64,000 nt of DNA from Planctomycetota bacterium (GCA_036479435.1 JAZGFI010000288.1:3669-67668), one strand, 5' to 3'; positions 1-11,270 are shown, numbered from the stretch's first letter. Notes: generated by a model not told the origin, from the sequence alone. Numbers and translations are program-made.

Positions 1-1235
1 AGATCGAGGCAGGCTCGAACGATCTCTGCGTTGGCCTTCAGGACCCGGTCAACTTCGTCAGGATCGCGGGCGTCGTAACTGATATTGGGGTGAAGGTTTC
101 CTTCGCCGGCGTGGAATACATTTGCGAGCCTCAGATCATAGCGAGTGCAGATTGCTCCAATCTCCAAGATCGCCTGCTGCAAACGCGACCGAGGAACGAC
201 GGCATCCATGACGTAGACGTTGGGAGCGACACGCCCCATCGCTCCGAACGCCCCCTTGCGACCTTGCCACAGTCGCGACCTTTGCTCGGGATCGTTGGCG
301 CGTTCAAAACTGAGGAGGTCGTGCTGCTCGAAAACTTCGGCGATGGCCTTGGCATCGGCACTCACATCGCGGGGGTTGCCGTCCAGCTCGATCAACAAGA
401 CCGCGTCGGCGTGGCGTGGATAACCGGCGGCGTGGACCGAAGACTCAACGGCTTCAATCGTCAGATGATCCATCGCTTCGATTGCCGAGGCCTCGATTCC
501 TGCGGCGATGACGTCGCTGACGGCTTGGCAGGCGCCTGCCAAGGATCCGAAGGCGCCGAGCAAGGTCATCACTGAGGCGGGTTTTTGAGTCAGGCGCACT
601 TCGATCTCGGTGACGATACCCAAGGTGCCCTCGGAGCCGACGACGAGGCTAAGGAGATCGTACTCGTCCCCTTCGTCGCTCAACTCGATGATTTCGCCAT
701 CCTCCAGCACGATGGTGGCGCCGAGAATGTGCTGTCGGGTCGAGCCGTACTTCAATCCGTGGGGCCCACTCGCGTTCTCCGCGACATTGCCGCCCAAGGT
801 ACAGACACTTTGGCTAGATGGATCGGGAGCGTAGAAGAGGCCATTTTCCGCCACGCATTCGGAGAGTCGCGCATTAACGAGGCCAGGTTGGACACGAGCC
901 CTGCGGTCAACGGTGTTCAGCTCGAGGATGGAGCGCATCATTGAGGTATCGATGAGCACTCCGCCGTCACTTGGCGGCACCGCCCCGCCCGAAAGGCCCG
1001 TTCCGGCACCACGCGGCGTGACCGGGATCTGGGCGTCGAAACAAGCGCGCATGATAGCCACACAGTCCTCTGTGGAATGCGGAAAAGTCACCGCCAGGGG
1101 CATCGCGCTAAAATGCGTGAGGGCGTCGCACTCATAGACCGCTAAAGACTCGACGTCCGTCAGCAGGCGTTGCTGACCGAGGCGTCGTCTTAAGCGTCGT
1201 TCGAGTTTGCCGGGAAGCGAGCGGCGCTTCGACAT
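1..1235 (-). CDS. glcD: FAD-linked oxidase, glycolate oxidase subunit GlcD-like (3' end runs off the window)
   Basis: Missing from the ORF track because there is no stop in the window. Manual minus-strand translation from ATG 1235 gives MSKRRSL...YECDALTHF...PRGAGTGLSGGA...YAPDPSSQSVCTLGGNVAENASGPHGLKYG...GSEGTLGIVTE...NVFHAGEGNLHPNI, all GlcD/FAD-oxidase motifs. Confidence 0.9.
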   Translation of the reverse strand, partial: MSKRRSLPGKLERRLRRRLGQQRLLTDVESLAVYECDALTHFSAMPLAVTFPHSTEDCVAIMRACFDAQIPVTPRGAGTGLSGGAVPPSDGGVLIDTSMMRSILELNTVDRRARVQPGLVNARLSECVAENGLFYAPDPSSQSVCTLGGNVAENASGPHGLKYGSTRQHILGATIVLEDGEIIELSDEGDEYDLLSLVVGSEGTLGIVTEIEVRLTQKPASVMTLLGAFGSLAGACQAVSDVIAAGIEASAIEAMDHLTIEAVESSVHAAGYPRHADAVLLIELDGNPRDVSADAKAIAEVFEQHDLLSFERANDPEQRSRLWQGRKGAFGAMGRVAPNVYVMDAVVPRSRLQQAILEIGAICTRYDLRLANVFHAGEGNLHPNISYDARDPDEVDRVLKANAEIVRACLD

Positions 1236-1338
1236 GCTGGAGAATCCTAAGGATGGGGCACGAAAGGGGAGTCTATCACGACAGGGCAAACCCGTGAGAG
1301 CTGGGCCCTTGTCCGGTTGACGGTTGTGTCGCGATCAA

Positions 1339-2100
1339 ATGAGTCTAGAATTCCCCATGAACGCCGCTGCCCCAGGATTTCACGTTTTCACGATCTTTCG
1401 CACTCCCGTGTATGTGCAGGGCATGTTTTTGTTGCTGCTGCTGATCTTTTCACAGGGCAGTTTCGGTTTGGGCCCGGGTTATATTTTCATCGATTGTTTG
1501 TCGGTGGTCATCGCCTTGTTGGTCCACGAATTTGGCCATGTTTATGCGGCGAAAACAAATGGCAGCCGTTCCATCGTTGTTCTGGGCGGCATGGGCGCCT
1601 ACACCGCCTCTGACGGCCAGGCCGCTGGCTGGCGAGGCATCTGGCTTTCGGTGGCGGGCCCCCTGTTCGGTTTTGCCCTCTGGGGCCTGTTGTGGTTCGG
1701 GTTCATTCCGAGCTGGGGCCGCGAAGCCGGGCTCTTGTTCGATCTTGAGGCCGTTTTTTCCCCCTTCTCTGTGGTCTGGGGGATGCCAGCATCACAGGGC
1801 CATCTGGGCTGGTATCTTTGGGCCCGCCTCGTTCAACTCAATTTGTTGTGGGGCTTGGTAAATCTGTTGCCCATCATTCCTTTGGACGGCGGGCACGTCT
1901 TGGAACACGCGCTCAAGACGAAAATGCGGGCCCACCAGGCGGTTCGAATCGCCTCCATCGTCAGCATTGTGGCCTGCGTGGCGATCGTCGGATTGGGCTA
2001 CTTTTTGTTGGCCACCGTGCACCCCTGGAACATCTTTATCGTGGGTTATCTGGCCTACATCAACTACGACCGCCTCGCCCAAAGCCGCAATCGCTTTTGA
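1339..2100 (+). CDS. Site-2 protease family (M50) intramembrane metalloprotease
   Basis: HEFGH zinc motif, AGP motif, NLLPIIPLDGG motif and several TM helices. Start may be 1339 or 1357. Confidence 0.9.
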   Translation: MSLEFPMNAAAPGFHVFTIFRTPVYVQGMFLLLLLIFSQGSFGLGPGYIFIDCLSVVIALLVHEFGHVYAAKTNGSRSIVVLGGMGAYTASDGQAAGWRGIWLSVAGPLFGFALWGLLWFGFIPSWGREAGLLFDLEAVFSPFSVVWGMPASQGHLGWYLWARLVQLNLLWGLVNLLPIIPLDGGHVLEHALKTKMRAHQAVRIASIVSIVACVAIVGLGYFLLATVHPWNIFIVGYLAYINYDRLAQSRNRF

Positions 2101-2172
2101 TTTTCGGTCCAGGGGAGTATCGTCTTGCTTGAGACGAGCGCGTCCTCAGCTGCGATTCCCTGTCGACCCATC

Positions 2173-3441
2173 ATGAAAAAAACACTCACCTTCCTCCCTT
2201 TGTTCCTGGTGGCTCTCCTCGCCTTTGTCGCCGTGTGGTGGTTCAGCCGAGGCGATGACGGAGCCAACCTTAATATTGACGTCGATCCGCAGCAGGTCTT
2301 GCAGATCGGCGATTCCGGCGAAACCCAGCACTTTTCCGCTCGTCGTGACCTGATGCCCACGAGTGACCACGTCGACGACTTAGATCCCGCTGCCGTAGGT
2401 GCGGGTGATCCAAATCTTGGCGAGCTATACGTTGAAGGCAAGCTCGCAGCGAAGACGCCGCCTGAACTCGTCGTCGAGATCTACCCTGCCGCCACCGAGC
2501 GTCGTCAGCTAGCTGAAGGCACCCTTTTTGCCCAATTGGAACCGGGGCTGTATCGCATCACCCTTTATGGCGGCGACATCGTGCCGATCTACCATGCGGA
2601 CATTCGAATTGAAGCTGGCAAGCGCCGTTCCTTGAAGTTCGAACTCGAAAGAGGCCTCCGATTCAAGGGACAGGTCCTTTCCGCTAATCCCGAAGAGGCG
2701 ATTCCCTATGCAAGCGTCGATTTCAACGGCCAGGGGAGTGTGCGCTGCGATGGCGAGGGGTTCTTCGAAGTCGCACCGCGTTTGGCGCGCTATGCGCTCT
2801 CGAAGATCACCGTTAGCGCTGAAGGCTGGGACACCCAGATCTATCACCAACTGAGCATCGTCGATCCTGAGAATATCCAGCTCTATCTCGGTCGCGGTAA
2901 ACGCTCGGTCACCCTTGATGTCGTCAACCGCACCACGGACGAACTCCCCGACGACTGGTTGGTACGTGTCACGATCGCGCCTTTGTACACGACACGTCGT
3001 GAGGTCAAGGTCACCGGAACTCAGAACCGAATCGAGCTCGAGAATCTCTACGCCACTAACCACTACCGATTTGAGTTGCATTTCCCGGGCGGAGAATTCC
3101 CCACGCAACGTCAAAAACTCAGAATCGAGTTAGGTGAAGAGCACCGAGTATTGCGCTTCGTGATCGAAGAAGGCGCTGAGATCTTGGCGGAGGCCGTTGG
3201 GCCAGAGATCTTAAAGCAGCAAATCGAACTACAACTTCGAGACGTGCACAATGACGTGTTGGCCCGAGGCCCGATTCGTAAGGACGGTACATTCCGGCTG
3301 AATCATGTGAGCGCGGGCAGCTACTTTTTGTTCCTAATATCTGGCAGCCAGGCGAGGTCCATAGGGAAACTGAAGCTCAATGGCCGTGAGCGGCTTCGGC
3401 TAAAAATCGACTTGCTTCGCCACAAGGTGCAGAGGATCTGA
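2173..3441 (+). CDS. Membrane-anchored exported protein with carboxypeptidase-regulatory-like beta-sandwich repeats
   Basis: MKKTLTFLPLFLVALLAFVAVWWF anchor; GQVLSANPEEAIPYASV...DGEGFF...VSAEGW and DGTFRLNHVSAGSYFL repeats. Confidence 0.65.
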   Translation: MKKTLTFLPLFLVALLAFVAVWWFSRGDDGANLNIDVDPQQVLQIGDSGETQHFSARRDLMPTSDHVDDLDPAAVGAGDPNLGELYVEGKLAAKTPPELVVEIYPAATERRQLAEGTLFAQLEPGLYRITLYGGDIVPIYHADIRIEAGKRRSLKFELERGLRFKGQVLSANPEEAIPYASVDFNGQGSVRCDGEGFFEVAPRLARYALSKITVSAEGWDTQIYHQLSIVDPENIQLYLGRGKRSVTLDVVNRTTDELPDDWLVRVTIAPLYTTRREVKVTGTQNRIELENLYATNHYRFELHFPGGEFPTQRQKLRIELGEEHRVLRFVIEEGAEILAEAVGPEILKQQIELQLRDVHNDVLARGPIRKDGTFRLNHVSAGSYFLFLISGSQARSIGKLKLNGRERLRLKIDLLRHKVQRI

Positions 3442-3484
3442 AGGAGGGCGGCGAAGGCGCTTCGGGGTCACCCGCCCGTCACCC

Positions 3485-4999
3485 TCAGATCGTGGCCAGC
3501 TCGTGCGGAAGGTAGTCCATCGGCGATCGGAAGTAATGGTCGGGTGGATAAACGCCGAGGTTCGCCGCGCGGCTGCTGTAGATGCAACCGTAGTCTTCGA
3601 TCTGCCGACCGTAAAAAGTCAGCTCGTTACTGGCTCGAAAATGTGAGCCCCAAAAGCGATTCGTAGCGCGGCTCATGCGATCCCGGAGCTTTTCGCGCTG
3701 ATCGATGTGGTGGCGCAAGTCGTGTTTCTCTTGCCGAATGAGGCGTGCGATGTCGGCCTTGGCCCGTTCGATCAGGCGATCGTCGGGCGCGGATTCGAGA
3801 GTTTTTGCGAGGCCTTCCCAATGATGCAGCATTGATTCGGCCTTGAGGCGAGCGAGGTCGGCGTCGTTGATCTGGCGGGCAATCCCTGGGAGACCTGCTT
3901 GCGCGTCAATCTCCTCTTCAAGTTCCGAGATGATGAGCATCGTGCGCCAGTTTTGGCTGAGCTTGGAAGTGATGAGGTCGGCGTAGATATGGTCACCCAC
4001 GTAAAGCACTTCAGGGCCCGAGTAGCCTAGGTGGGCCTCGATGTCACGAATACAGCCGCCGACAAGAATACGATGGTCTTCGGGTATCGCTTTTTCTGCT
4101 GTCGCTCCGGTGGGGTCGAAGTAGCGCGGTTTTCTTGCGTGGCAAACGACAAAGTCGAATAGGTCCACCCACCCCAGGTCGGAAGGATCATCGCCGAGTC
4201 CAAACGCCGGGTTGACCATCGCGCGAGTGTATTCCCACTCCGAGTTCGTCAACAAAAAGACTTTCTTGCCGCTGGCGCGAAGTTGCTGCAGCATCGGCAA
4301 GACCTCGAGGTCGGGATTCAGAAAGTCGAGCGGCGACTTCATGATAATCTTCTTCAGAGACCCATCGCGATGCACCATATCGGTGTGTTCTCGGACCTTT
4401 TTCCAAAGCGGCGTGCAATCTTCATCGAGTCGCACTGCGGAGAGTGCCGAAAAAATGAGGATGTCGGGCTTGGCGAAAGCGGTATCCATCGGCCGAAAAC
4501 GCTCGCCATCGGTTTCCATAGGGATAACGTTCATGTCGCCATAGGCCACGCGGCGTTCGTCACGAGGCAGTGGATTTTTGCCGCGAAAAGCGCGCAACAC
4601 ATGACCAAATCGATCGACTTTTAAGACCGTGCCCAGTTTGGTGTCGACGATAAGGCCCTTGCAGGCGAAGTCGGGATCGGGGATCTCCTTTTCGAAGTCC
4701 TCAGAAAAGCCGTCGGCACGCAACCTTTCGATGACGAGGCGCATCGCGACGGCATCCAAGGCCTCGCAGTTGTACACGGCGAGGGTGTGGTCGAAATCGA
4801 AACCGACGGCTTTGATCTTGTCGAATCGCAGGGTGCGGTTGGTAAATATCTGTCGCCTCGAGTCAAACACGGGGCTCTGCACGGCGCGCTTGAGGACGTC
4901 ATTCCACCAGGCGACCTCTTTGGTCGAAGACTCAGATGGCTTCGCATCCGATGGCTGGTTTGACTTAGAGTCTTTGGCCAAGGCTAGTTCACTCCTCAA
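3485..4999 (-). CDS. HAD-IG family (cN-II-like) 5'-nucleotidase
   Basis: IFTNRTL, GFDFDHTLAVY (motif I), FLLTNSEWEYT, ARKPRYF, LYVGDHIYADL, WRTMLIISELE. Confidence 0.9.
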   Translation of the reverse strand: MRSELALAKDSKSNQPSDAKPSESSTKEVAWWNDVLKRAVQSPVFDSRRQIFTNRTLRFDKIKAVGFDFDHTLAVYNCEALDAVAMRLVIERLRADGFSEDFEKEIPDPDFACKGLIVDTKLGTVLKVDRFGHVLRAFRGKNPLPRDERRVAYGDMNVIPMETDGERFRPMDTAFAKPDILIFSALSAVRLDEDCTPLWKKVREHTDMVHRDGSLKKIIMKSPLDFLNPDLEVLPMLQQLRASGKKVFLLTNSEWEYTRAMVNPAFGLGDDPSDLGWVDLFDFVVCHARKPRYFDPTGATAEKAIPEDHRILVGGCIRDIEAHLGYSGPEVLYVGDHIYADLITSKLSQNWRTMLIISELEEEIDAQAGLPGIARQINDADLARLKAESMLHHWEGLAKTLESAPDDRLIERAKADIARLIRQEKHDLRHHIDQREKLRDRMSRATNRFWGSHFRASNELTFYGRQIEDYGCIYSSRAANLGVYPPDHYFRSPMDYLPHELATI

Positions 5000-5736
5000 T
5001 TCGTGGGTCGTTTGGCCCAGAGACAGGCGATGTTGCCCAACATGAAGCTGCGGTGCTCGACGGCTACGAAGCCCGCGGTTTCAATCTCGGCCGCGAGGGC
5101 CCGGCGATCCGGAAAGCGGGCCGTCGATTCCTGAAGATAGCGGTAGGCCTCGACATCGGCGCCGAGGAGCCGGACCACGAGGGGCATCACGATCTTGCTG
5201 TAGATCAGTGACGCTGACTTCGTGAAGAAATTCTGTGGGTGCCCCATGTCCAAACAACAAAAAGTGCCACCTGGTTTCAGGATGCGGAGAATTTCTCGGT
5301 AGGCCTCTTCGCGATTGCCAACGTTGCGTAAGACCCAGCCCATCGTGACCAGGTCATGTTTTGCATCGGGCAGGCCCGTCGCACGCGCGTTCCCCTGGCG
5401 GAGGTCTGGGTCTTCGTGCCCCGCCGCTAGCGCTTTGGTTCGCGCGATCTTGAGCATGCCTTGCGACAGATCGATACCAACGACCGTTCCGTCGGTCCCC
5501 AATCTATGCCTCAGCTCACAGAAAAAGTCGCCAGTCCCGCAGCCCAGGTCCACCGCGGTATCGCCAGGTCTTAGTTGGCAGTGATCCAAGGCCGTTCGAC
5601 GCCAACTGAGATCGCGGCCGAGGCTGAGGATTCGGTTCAAGCGATCATAGGGCGGCGCGATCTTGTCGAAGAGCGTACCGACGTAGCTCTCGCGTTCGTC
5701 ACCCTTAAGTCCAGCCCCCTGGGCTCCTGTCGCCAT
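4996..5736 (-). CDS. ubiE: UbiE/MenG family quinone methyltransferase
   Basis: FDKIAPPYDRLNRILSLGRDLSWR, DLGCGTGD SAM motif, AYRYLQES. ATG 5736 preferred over the ORF-track start; stop overlaps the nucleotidase start. Confidence 0.85.
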   Translation of the reverse strand: MATGAQGAGLKGDERESYVGTLFDKIAPPYDRLNRILSLGRDLSWRRTALDHCQLRPGDTAVDLGCGTGDFFCELRHRLGTDGTVVGIDLSQGMLKIARTKALAAGHEDPDLRQGNARATGLPDAKHDLVTMGWVLRNVGNREEAYREILRILKPGGTFCCLDMGHPQNFFTKSASLIYSKIVMPLVVRLLGADVEAYRYLQESTARFPDRRALAAEIETAGFVAVEHRSFMLGNIACLWAKRPTN

Positions 5737-5898
5737 TCCAACTCCTGGATTCCAATAAATTGAGGCGCCATGGTAGGCAGCGCGCACTGGCGCCACAAAC
5801 CGCCACGGTTGCATGAAGATTCAGGCCAACTCGCTGCGGACAGGAATGGACTTCGAATCGCTATGGTCGACACTCCTGCGGCCAATAGGGGTTCGCGC

Positions 5899-7773
5899 AT
5901 GCTGGAATGTCAAACGGTGGACCGGACTCTCATCTTACCTCTCGCGATTCTCGATCCCGCCACTTCTGAGGCGGAGTCCTACCTGAGTCGGCAGATCCCC
6001 ATCTTGTTGCGAAACCAGTTTAATCGACTGGCTCCGGACGAGTTTTTGGCGTCGCCCCTGGCGATGGATGCCGACCAAGGACGCGCTTGGGTGATGACAT
6101 CTGAGTGTATGCGGGACGAAACCGCATTGACATTGGCCCGTCGCCAAAAAGCCAACCATGTCGTCTTCGGCGCGCTAGGGGGGCCGCCGAGAGGGGGTCG
6201 CCATGGCGGCGCTTCGGCACCTCGGGTTCTTTTCCTGCGCGGTCTCGACGTCGAGAGTGGCCGAGCCACTTTCGAGCGCACCTTCTCGGGGGATCTGCTG
6301 CGTGTGCTGCGTTGCGCGCTTAAGGTCCTGGTTCAGTCCAGCCCGTCGCGTTTCGAATCTGTCGCCGACCGTTTTCGGCCCGGAACTCACAACGTGGAGG
6401 CCTTCGAGCAGTTTCTCCTTGGCCTCGATGTGCTGCTGGCCATCCGCACTCAAGGGATCGAACTGCCCGATCTCCAAGCTCTGTTCGATCCCTTCCATCG
6501 CGCCCTCAATCTCGATCCCTGCTACGCAGATGCCCTCACGGGGGGACTTACTTGCGCGATGCTCTTTGTGAAAACGGAGGGTCGCGAGTTGTCACTCGAC
6601 CCCGCGTTGGCAGCGCTCACTGTCTGGGCCGAGGATCATCCCGAGGACCACCGAGTACCTGCAGTCCATAGCGAACTGTTGGTTAGGCGCGGCCGGCATG
6701 TGGAGGCCTATGACTTAGTACGCCGCGCGCTTGATACACAATTCAGCTGGGACATTGACCTTATGAAGCGCCGTGGTGAACTCGAACTTCGACTGGGCCG
6801 CAATGAAGAAGCGCTGGTGAGTCTCGAAGCCTGCCTTGAAAAAAGCGATGACCCGGAGATCCGAGTCAAATGCGCCGCCGCAGCTAGTGCGGCGGGAATG
6901 GTCGAACGTTCACGCGAGCACCTTTTGTGGTTGCTGGACAGTGAAACCCAAGACGCCGGGCTATGGTGTCGACTTGCCTTGCTGGAGAAACGCTCGAAGG
7001 ACCTACCGGCAATGTGGCGCGCTTTCGCCCGCATGTTCGATTCGCATACCGCACCAACCTGTGGCGAACTTACCAAGCTCACCGTTACTCTCGCAGAAGC
7101 ACCTCCGCCGCCGGAATTCGTGGCATCCCTAAGGCGATGGTATCCGCCGCACGACTTTGACTCCGCACAACGCCTGTTCTTTGCGCGCGCCCTACGCATG
7201 GGGGGAGCGGTCATGGAATCGCGGCTATGCCTCCAGACCTCGAAGCTCGCAGATCTGAAAGATGACGAGGCCTTGATGTGGCGACGGGAGCGTTTGAATC
7301 TAGACCTGGCTGGTTTCGATGCGCGATTCGAAGAACTCGCCCTGGCCTTGTCGAACGCTGGCGACCCTCGCCCGCAGGACGGCGCTTTTCTTCAGGATGC
7401 TCTGAAGCTTGAAGAGGAGTTTTGGCCGGCTCGTTTTCTGCTCGCGCTTTGGCACGCGCGGCAGGGGGGCTGCGCGCTCGCGATTCGCGAGCTGGATAGG
7501 GTTATCAAGCAACGACCCACCAGCGATCTCGCCTGGTACACGCGCGGTATCCAGTGTTTGAAGCTCGACCGCATCCAGCAAGCCCGTGCGAGCCTTGAGC
7601 GCGCGATCTTGCTCAACGCCGAAGAGGCCGAGTATCACTGCCATCTCGCCCTCTGCCTGCTGCGTCTGGAAGGCCAGGCTCCGGCCCTGAGAGCACTTGC
7701 TAGGGCCCGACAGCTGCGCCCAGAGCACCCAGATAACGAGAGGGTGCAGTCGCAGATCGAGGCCATGGGCTGA
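5899..7773 (+). CDS. TPR protein with N-terminal TolB-N-like alpha/beta domain
   Basis: N-terminal LILPL...YLSRQIP...[13 protein letters not shown]...[13 protein letters not shown] pattern, then TPRs ([29 protein letters not shown]). No signal peptide. Start uncertain (5770/5863/5899). Confidence 0.7.
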   Translation: MLECQTVDRTLILPLAILDPATSEAESYLSRQIPILLRNQFNRLAPDEFLASPLAMDADQGRAWVMTSECMRDETALTLARRQKANHVVFGALGGPPRGGRHGGASAPRVLFLRGLDVESGRATFERTFSGDLLRVLRCALKVLVQSSPSRFESVADRFRPGTHNVEAFEQFLLGLDVLLAIRTQGIELPDLQALFDPFHRALNLDPCYADALTGGLTCAMLFVKTEGRELSLDPALAALTVWAEDHPEDHRVPAVHSELLVRRGRHVEAYDLVRRALDTQFSWDIDLMKRRGELELRLGRNEEALVSLEACLEKSDDPEIRVKCAAAASAAGMVERSREHLLWLLDSETQDAGLWCRLALLEKRSKDLPAMWRAFARMFDSHTAPTCGELTKLTVTLAEAPPPPEFVASLRRWYPPHDFDSAQRLFFARALRMGGAVMESRLCLQTSKLADLKDDEALMWRRERLNLDLAGFDARFEELALALSNAGDPRPQDGAFLQDALKLEEEFWPARFLLALWHARQGGCALAIRELDRVIKQRPTSDLAWYTRGIQCLKLDRIQQARASLERAILLNAEEAEYHCHLALCLLRLEGQAPALRALARARQLRPEHPDNERVQSQIEAMG

Positions 7774-7792
7774 GTTGTTAGACTCGTCCCCC

Positions 7793-9541
7793 ATGGAAAC
7801 CGATTCGAACTCAAATCCAGCCACCTTCATCTTGGGCATCGACCTCGGCACTACGAATAGTGCAGTAGCGGTGTTCCGCGAAGGTGAAGTGGCCGTCATG
7901 TCCAACGCTTTGGGTGAGAGCCTTACGCCCTCGGTGGTGGCACGTGACCCCGAAGACGGCAGGGTGATCGTCGGGCAGACCGCCAAAGAAATTTCGCTCT
8001 CGCACCCCGATTGTGCGGCCTCGGTCTTCAAGCGAGACATGGCATCAGAACGCGAGTACGCTTTGGCGGGGGCTTTTTTCACGCCAATCGAGTTGTCGGC
8101 ATTCGTTCTGAAATCTCTGAAATCTGACGCCTTGAGAGTTCTCGGACAAGAGGTCTGCAAAGCGGTCATCACCGTTCCCGCATACTTCGCCGAGGAACAG
8201 CGCCAAGCGACCAAGCGCGCCGGGGAGTTGGCGGGCTTGGAGGTCGTTCGGATCTTGAACGAACCGACCGCGGCCGCGATGGCCTACGGACTGCACCGTC
8301 GCGATCGGGACGGAAGCTTCTTGGTTTTTGACCTCGGCGGAGGAACTTTCGATGTCAGCATCATGGAGCTCTTTGAGGGCTCACTCGAAGTCCTGAGTAC
8401 CGCGGGCGAAAGCCGCTTGGGAGGAGAAGACTTCACGCGTCGGCTGATTTCTTACGGGATGAAACAAGCCGGCGTCGATCCCTCCTCAGAGTGGAGCGAC
8501 CCCGTTGCCTTCGCCCGCCTCTATCGTCGCGCCGAATTGGCAAAACGTGCTCTCAGCGAGCACGACACCGCGACCTTGGAAGTTCCACCCTTCGGGGGGG
8601 ATGGATTGGCAACAACGATCGTTTTGGATCGCGAAGTGTGCCGTCCGCTCTGGCAAGAACTCTTGGATCGCATTGCAAAGCCCTGCCGGACCGCGGTTCG
8701 AGGCGCCGATCTTGAAATCGAAGACCTCGACGAAGTTGTGCTCGTCGGCGGTGCTACCAGAATGCCGGTTATCCGCGAACTCGTGGCGAAGTTGTTTGAT
8801 GTGCACTTGCGAGTCGAGGTCGACCCCGACCTCGCCATTACGGAGGGCGCGGCGCTACAGGCCGCCCTCTATGCCAACGACCAAGCGGTCAGCGACGTTG
8901 TCGTAACGGATGTGCTTTCTCACAGTTTGGGTGTCGATGTCAGCTACGAGATCGCGGGCAAGTTGATCAACGGGAATTTCAGCCCGGTCATTCACCGCAA
9001 CACAACGATTCCGACCTCGCGCACCGAGACCTACTACACGATCTTTGATCAGCAGACTGAGATCAACTTCGGCATTTACGAGGGTGAAGCGCGCAAGGTC
9101 AAGAACTGCCGAAAAGTCGGCTTGCTCAAAGTCAAGGGAGTCCCCAAGAACGCCGCCGGGAAAGAGGGCGTCGAAGTGCGCTTCACTTACGATCTTGGCG
9201 GCATGCTCGAAGTTGAAGCAAAAGTGCTTTCGAGCGGCAAAATCATCAACAAGGTTTTCGAGCGCAGCCTCAAACCGCTCAGCGACAAAGAGCGCAGCAA
9301 GGCCATGGCGCGTTTGAAACAGCTCAAAGTAGATCCCTCAGAGAAAGCGTTGAATCGTGATCTGTTGGCGCGTGCCGATGGCCTGTTGGAAGAAGTGGGG
9401 CCCGAAGCCCGCGACCAATTGGAGTACTACATCCGCGGCTTTGAGGAAGCTCTCGAAACGCGGACACCTAGGCCTATCAAAGAGACGAGGCGCCAACTTC
9501 GCGAAGTCTGTGATCGGATAGACGAAGGCAATCGCTGGTAG
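7793..9541 (+). CDS. hscC: Hsp70 family chaperone, HscC-like
   Basis: [44 protein letters not shown]; DVVVTDV linker; ~582 aa with a short lid; followed by a J-domain gene. Confidence 0.8.
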   Translation: METDSNSNPATFILGIDLGTTNSAVAVFREGEVAVMSNALGESLTPSVVARDPEDGRVIVGQTAKEISLSHPDCAASVFKRDMASEREYALAGAFFTPIELSAFVLKSLKSDALRVLGQEVCKAVITVPAYFAEEQRQATKRAGELAGLEVVRILNEPTAAAMAYGLHRRDRDGSFLVFDLGGGTFDVSIMELFEGSLEVLSTAGESRLGGEDFTRRLISYGMKQAGVDPSSEWSDPVAFARLYRRAELAKRALSEHDTATLEVPPFGGDGLATTIVLDREVCRPLWQELLDRIAKPCRTAVRGADLEIEDLDEVVLVGGATRMPVIRELVAKLFDVHLRVEVDPDLAITEGAALQAALYANDQAVSDVVVTDVLSHSLGVDVSYEIAGKLINGNFSPVIHRNTTIPTSRTETYYTIFDQQTEINFGIYEGEARKVKNCRKVGLLKVKGVPKNAAGKEGVEVRFTYDLGGMLEVEAKVLSSGKIINKVFERSLKPLSDKERSKAMARLKQLKVDPSEKALNRDLLARADGLLEEVGPEARDQLEYYIRGFEEALETRTPRPIKETRRQLREVCDRIDEGNRW

Positions 9542-9548
9542 TTCGCGA

Positions 9549-11270
9549 GTGGCGGAACTTCCCGATAGCAACGACCCCTTCGAAGTGCTCGGCGTCGAGC
9601 CCGGAGCCGATCGAAAGACGATCAAGCGCGCCTACATTGCGCTCGTCAAGCGCTTCAAGCCCGAGCACTTTCCCGACGAGTTTCAACGCATTCGAGCGGC
9701 CTACGAGACGCTTCGAGAGAGTGCGGCGCAGACGGCATCCCTGCCCTTTCTCGACGAGGCTTGGCAAGAGTCCGAAGCTTCCCAAGAAAGCGAGGGTGTC
9801 GATCCCGACTGCCTTGAGCCGCCATCTCAAGAACCGGTGGAACCCATTTCCCCAAACGACGCGAGGGATCAAGAGGAAGAAGTCGCGGCAGACTTTGAAG
9901 TCGAGGTGGAGTTTCGCGAAGTCTACGATTCGGAGGAGCGCGCCGAGCCGGGCGAGGATTCTGATGAGCCCAGCGAACTATGGAGCCTGGTGCTCGAAGA
10001 TCAATTTGAGGAGGCCCTCATCGGCTACGAAAGCGCGTTGGCGGCAAGGCCCGACGAGACGCGGCTTTACTTCGAGCGATACGCTCTTGATGCACGGCGG
10101 GGGGAGAGTCGCGAGGTTGCGCAGGCTTGGTTGATTCTCGCGTTCAAGAACAAGCTCGATATCTGCGCCTTTCTGCGCAACGTGGTCCCGCCGGGCGAGC
10201 GCCCGGGAATCGCCGTTCGTGATGATTGGGGAGCCGAAGATCTCATCGACCACCCGGATTCATTTGGTGCTTCTTGGATTTGGCGGCTTCGAATCGAGAG
10301 TTTCTTGTGCCTGGGAAAAATCGAACGGGTGGCGCGTGAGCTTGGCACGGCGCGTTATCAAAGTCTCGCCGCCAACGACGATTTCTACCTGGGGATAGCT
10401 CAGCGAGCTGCGGCGGTGGGGGCTTGGTACGGACCTGACGCGGCGGCGCCGATCGAGGAATGGGCTCTCGAGGAAGCTAGTGGCTATCCCGAGCTTTTGT
10501 TCGAGACCAAAGCCGTGCGTGGCGATGCCTGGCGAGAGCATCCAATGCCCGACCGGCTCTTTCGTTGGTTCGGAGTTGCCGACACGATCTATTGGGACTC
10601 AAGTGTGCTGATGGCCGACGCTGTGTTTGCCGATGTCGAAGACCGGCCCTTCGAGTATCACGAAGTTCTACTGAAGATGGCGGAAGAGCCCGAGAAGCAC
10701 TCTTTTTTGAAAGATGTGAACGACACGCTGGAGTACCTCGTCGAAGTTGAGGACGACGAAGGAGGTTTCTTTTTGGATTTCGACACGGGCGTCGAGCCTC
10801 CAAGTCTTGAAGTCATGGAAGATGCCTTGGGTGGAATACCCAGGCCCAAGTCGCGGATTCGGGTGCTGGTCAGCACTATCAATAGCTCCGGGATGTGGTT
10901 GTATTTTGCCATGATTCCTTTACTCATCGGCGCGGTCTTTACCGAGCCGTACTGGGCCCTAAGTGACCCCAGTGTGCGGTTTATTCTGATCATTGCCATC
11001 GGCATTGCGATCTTCAGAATGCCCGCGGCCTACAGGAAGTACGGCAAGCATGACGCGCAGCGCTTGGACTTGTCGACCGTGACCCTTGAATACTACCGGC
11101 GGCTACTTAACGTCGGGGCAAAACCCAGTCAGGCGCGCGAGTTCCTGGCGGACCGATGCGTGGCACTCCGATTCGACGCGAGCCAACTGCCTCGGATTCG
11201 CCGATCCCAAGCGCTACGCTTTTTGACCCTGCTCTATCGCGTGCAGAAAAGGGTCCCCGATGATCAATGA
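9549..11270 (+). CDS. J-domain membrane protein (DjlB/DjlC-like architecture)
   Basis: DPFEVLGVEPGADRKTIKRAYIALVKRFKPEHFPDEFQRIRAAYETL, acidic linker, helical middle region and two C-terminal TM helices. Confidence 0.8.
   Translation: MAELPDSNDPFEVLGVEPGADRKTIKRAYIALVKRFKPEHFPDEFQRIRAAYETLRESAAQTASLPFLDEAWQESEASQESEGVDPDCLEPPSQEPVEPISPNDARDQEEEVAADFEVEVEFREVYDSEERAEPGEDSDEPSELWSLVLEDQFEEALIGYESALAARPDETRLYFERYALDARRGESREVAQAWLILAFKNKLDICAFLRNVVPPGERPGIAVRDDWGAEDLIDHPDSFGASWIWRLRIESFLCLGKIERVARELGTARYQSLAANDDFYLGIAQRAAAVGAWYGPDAAAPIEEWALEEASGYPELLFETKAVRGDAWREHPMPDRLFRWFGVADTIYWDSSVLMADAVFADVEDRPFEYHEVLLKMAEEPEKHSFLKDVNDTLEYLVEVEDDEGGFFLDFDTGVEPPSLEVMEDALGGIPRPKSRIRVLVSTINSSGMWLYFAMIPLLIGAVFTEPYWALSDPSVRFILIIAIGIAIFRMPAAYRKYGKHDAQRLDLSTVTLEYYRRLLNVGAKPSQAREFLADRCVALRFDASQLPRIRRSQALRFLTLLYRVQKRVPDDQ

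Noticed and set aside
90-1137. Plus-strand ORFs of 161, 119 and 74 aa
   Set aside because: Antisense shadows of the minus-strand glcD gene.
7300-8214. 304-aa minus-strand ORF and similar long antisense ORFs elsewhere
   Set aside because: Expected opposite GC-biased genes such as Hsp70; no independent motifs.
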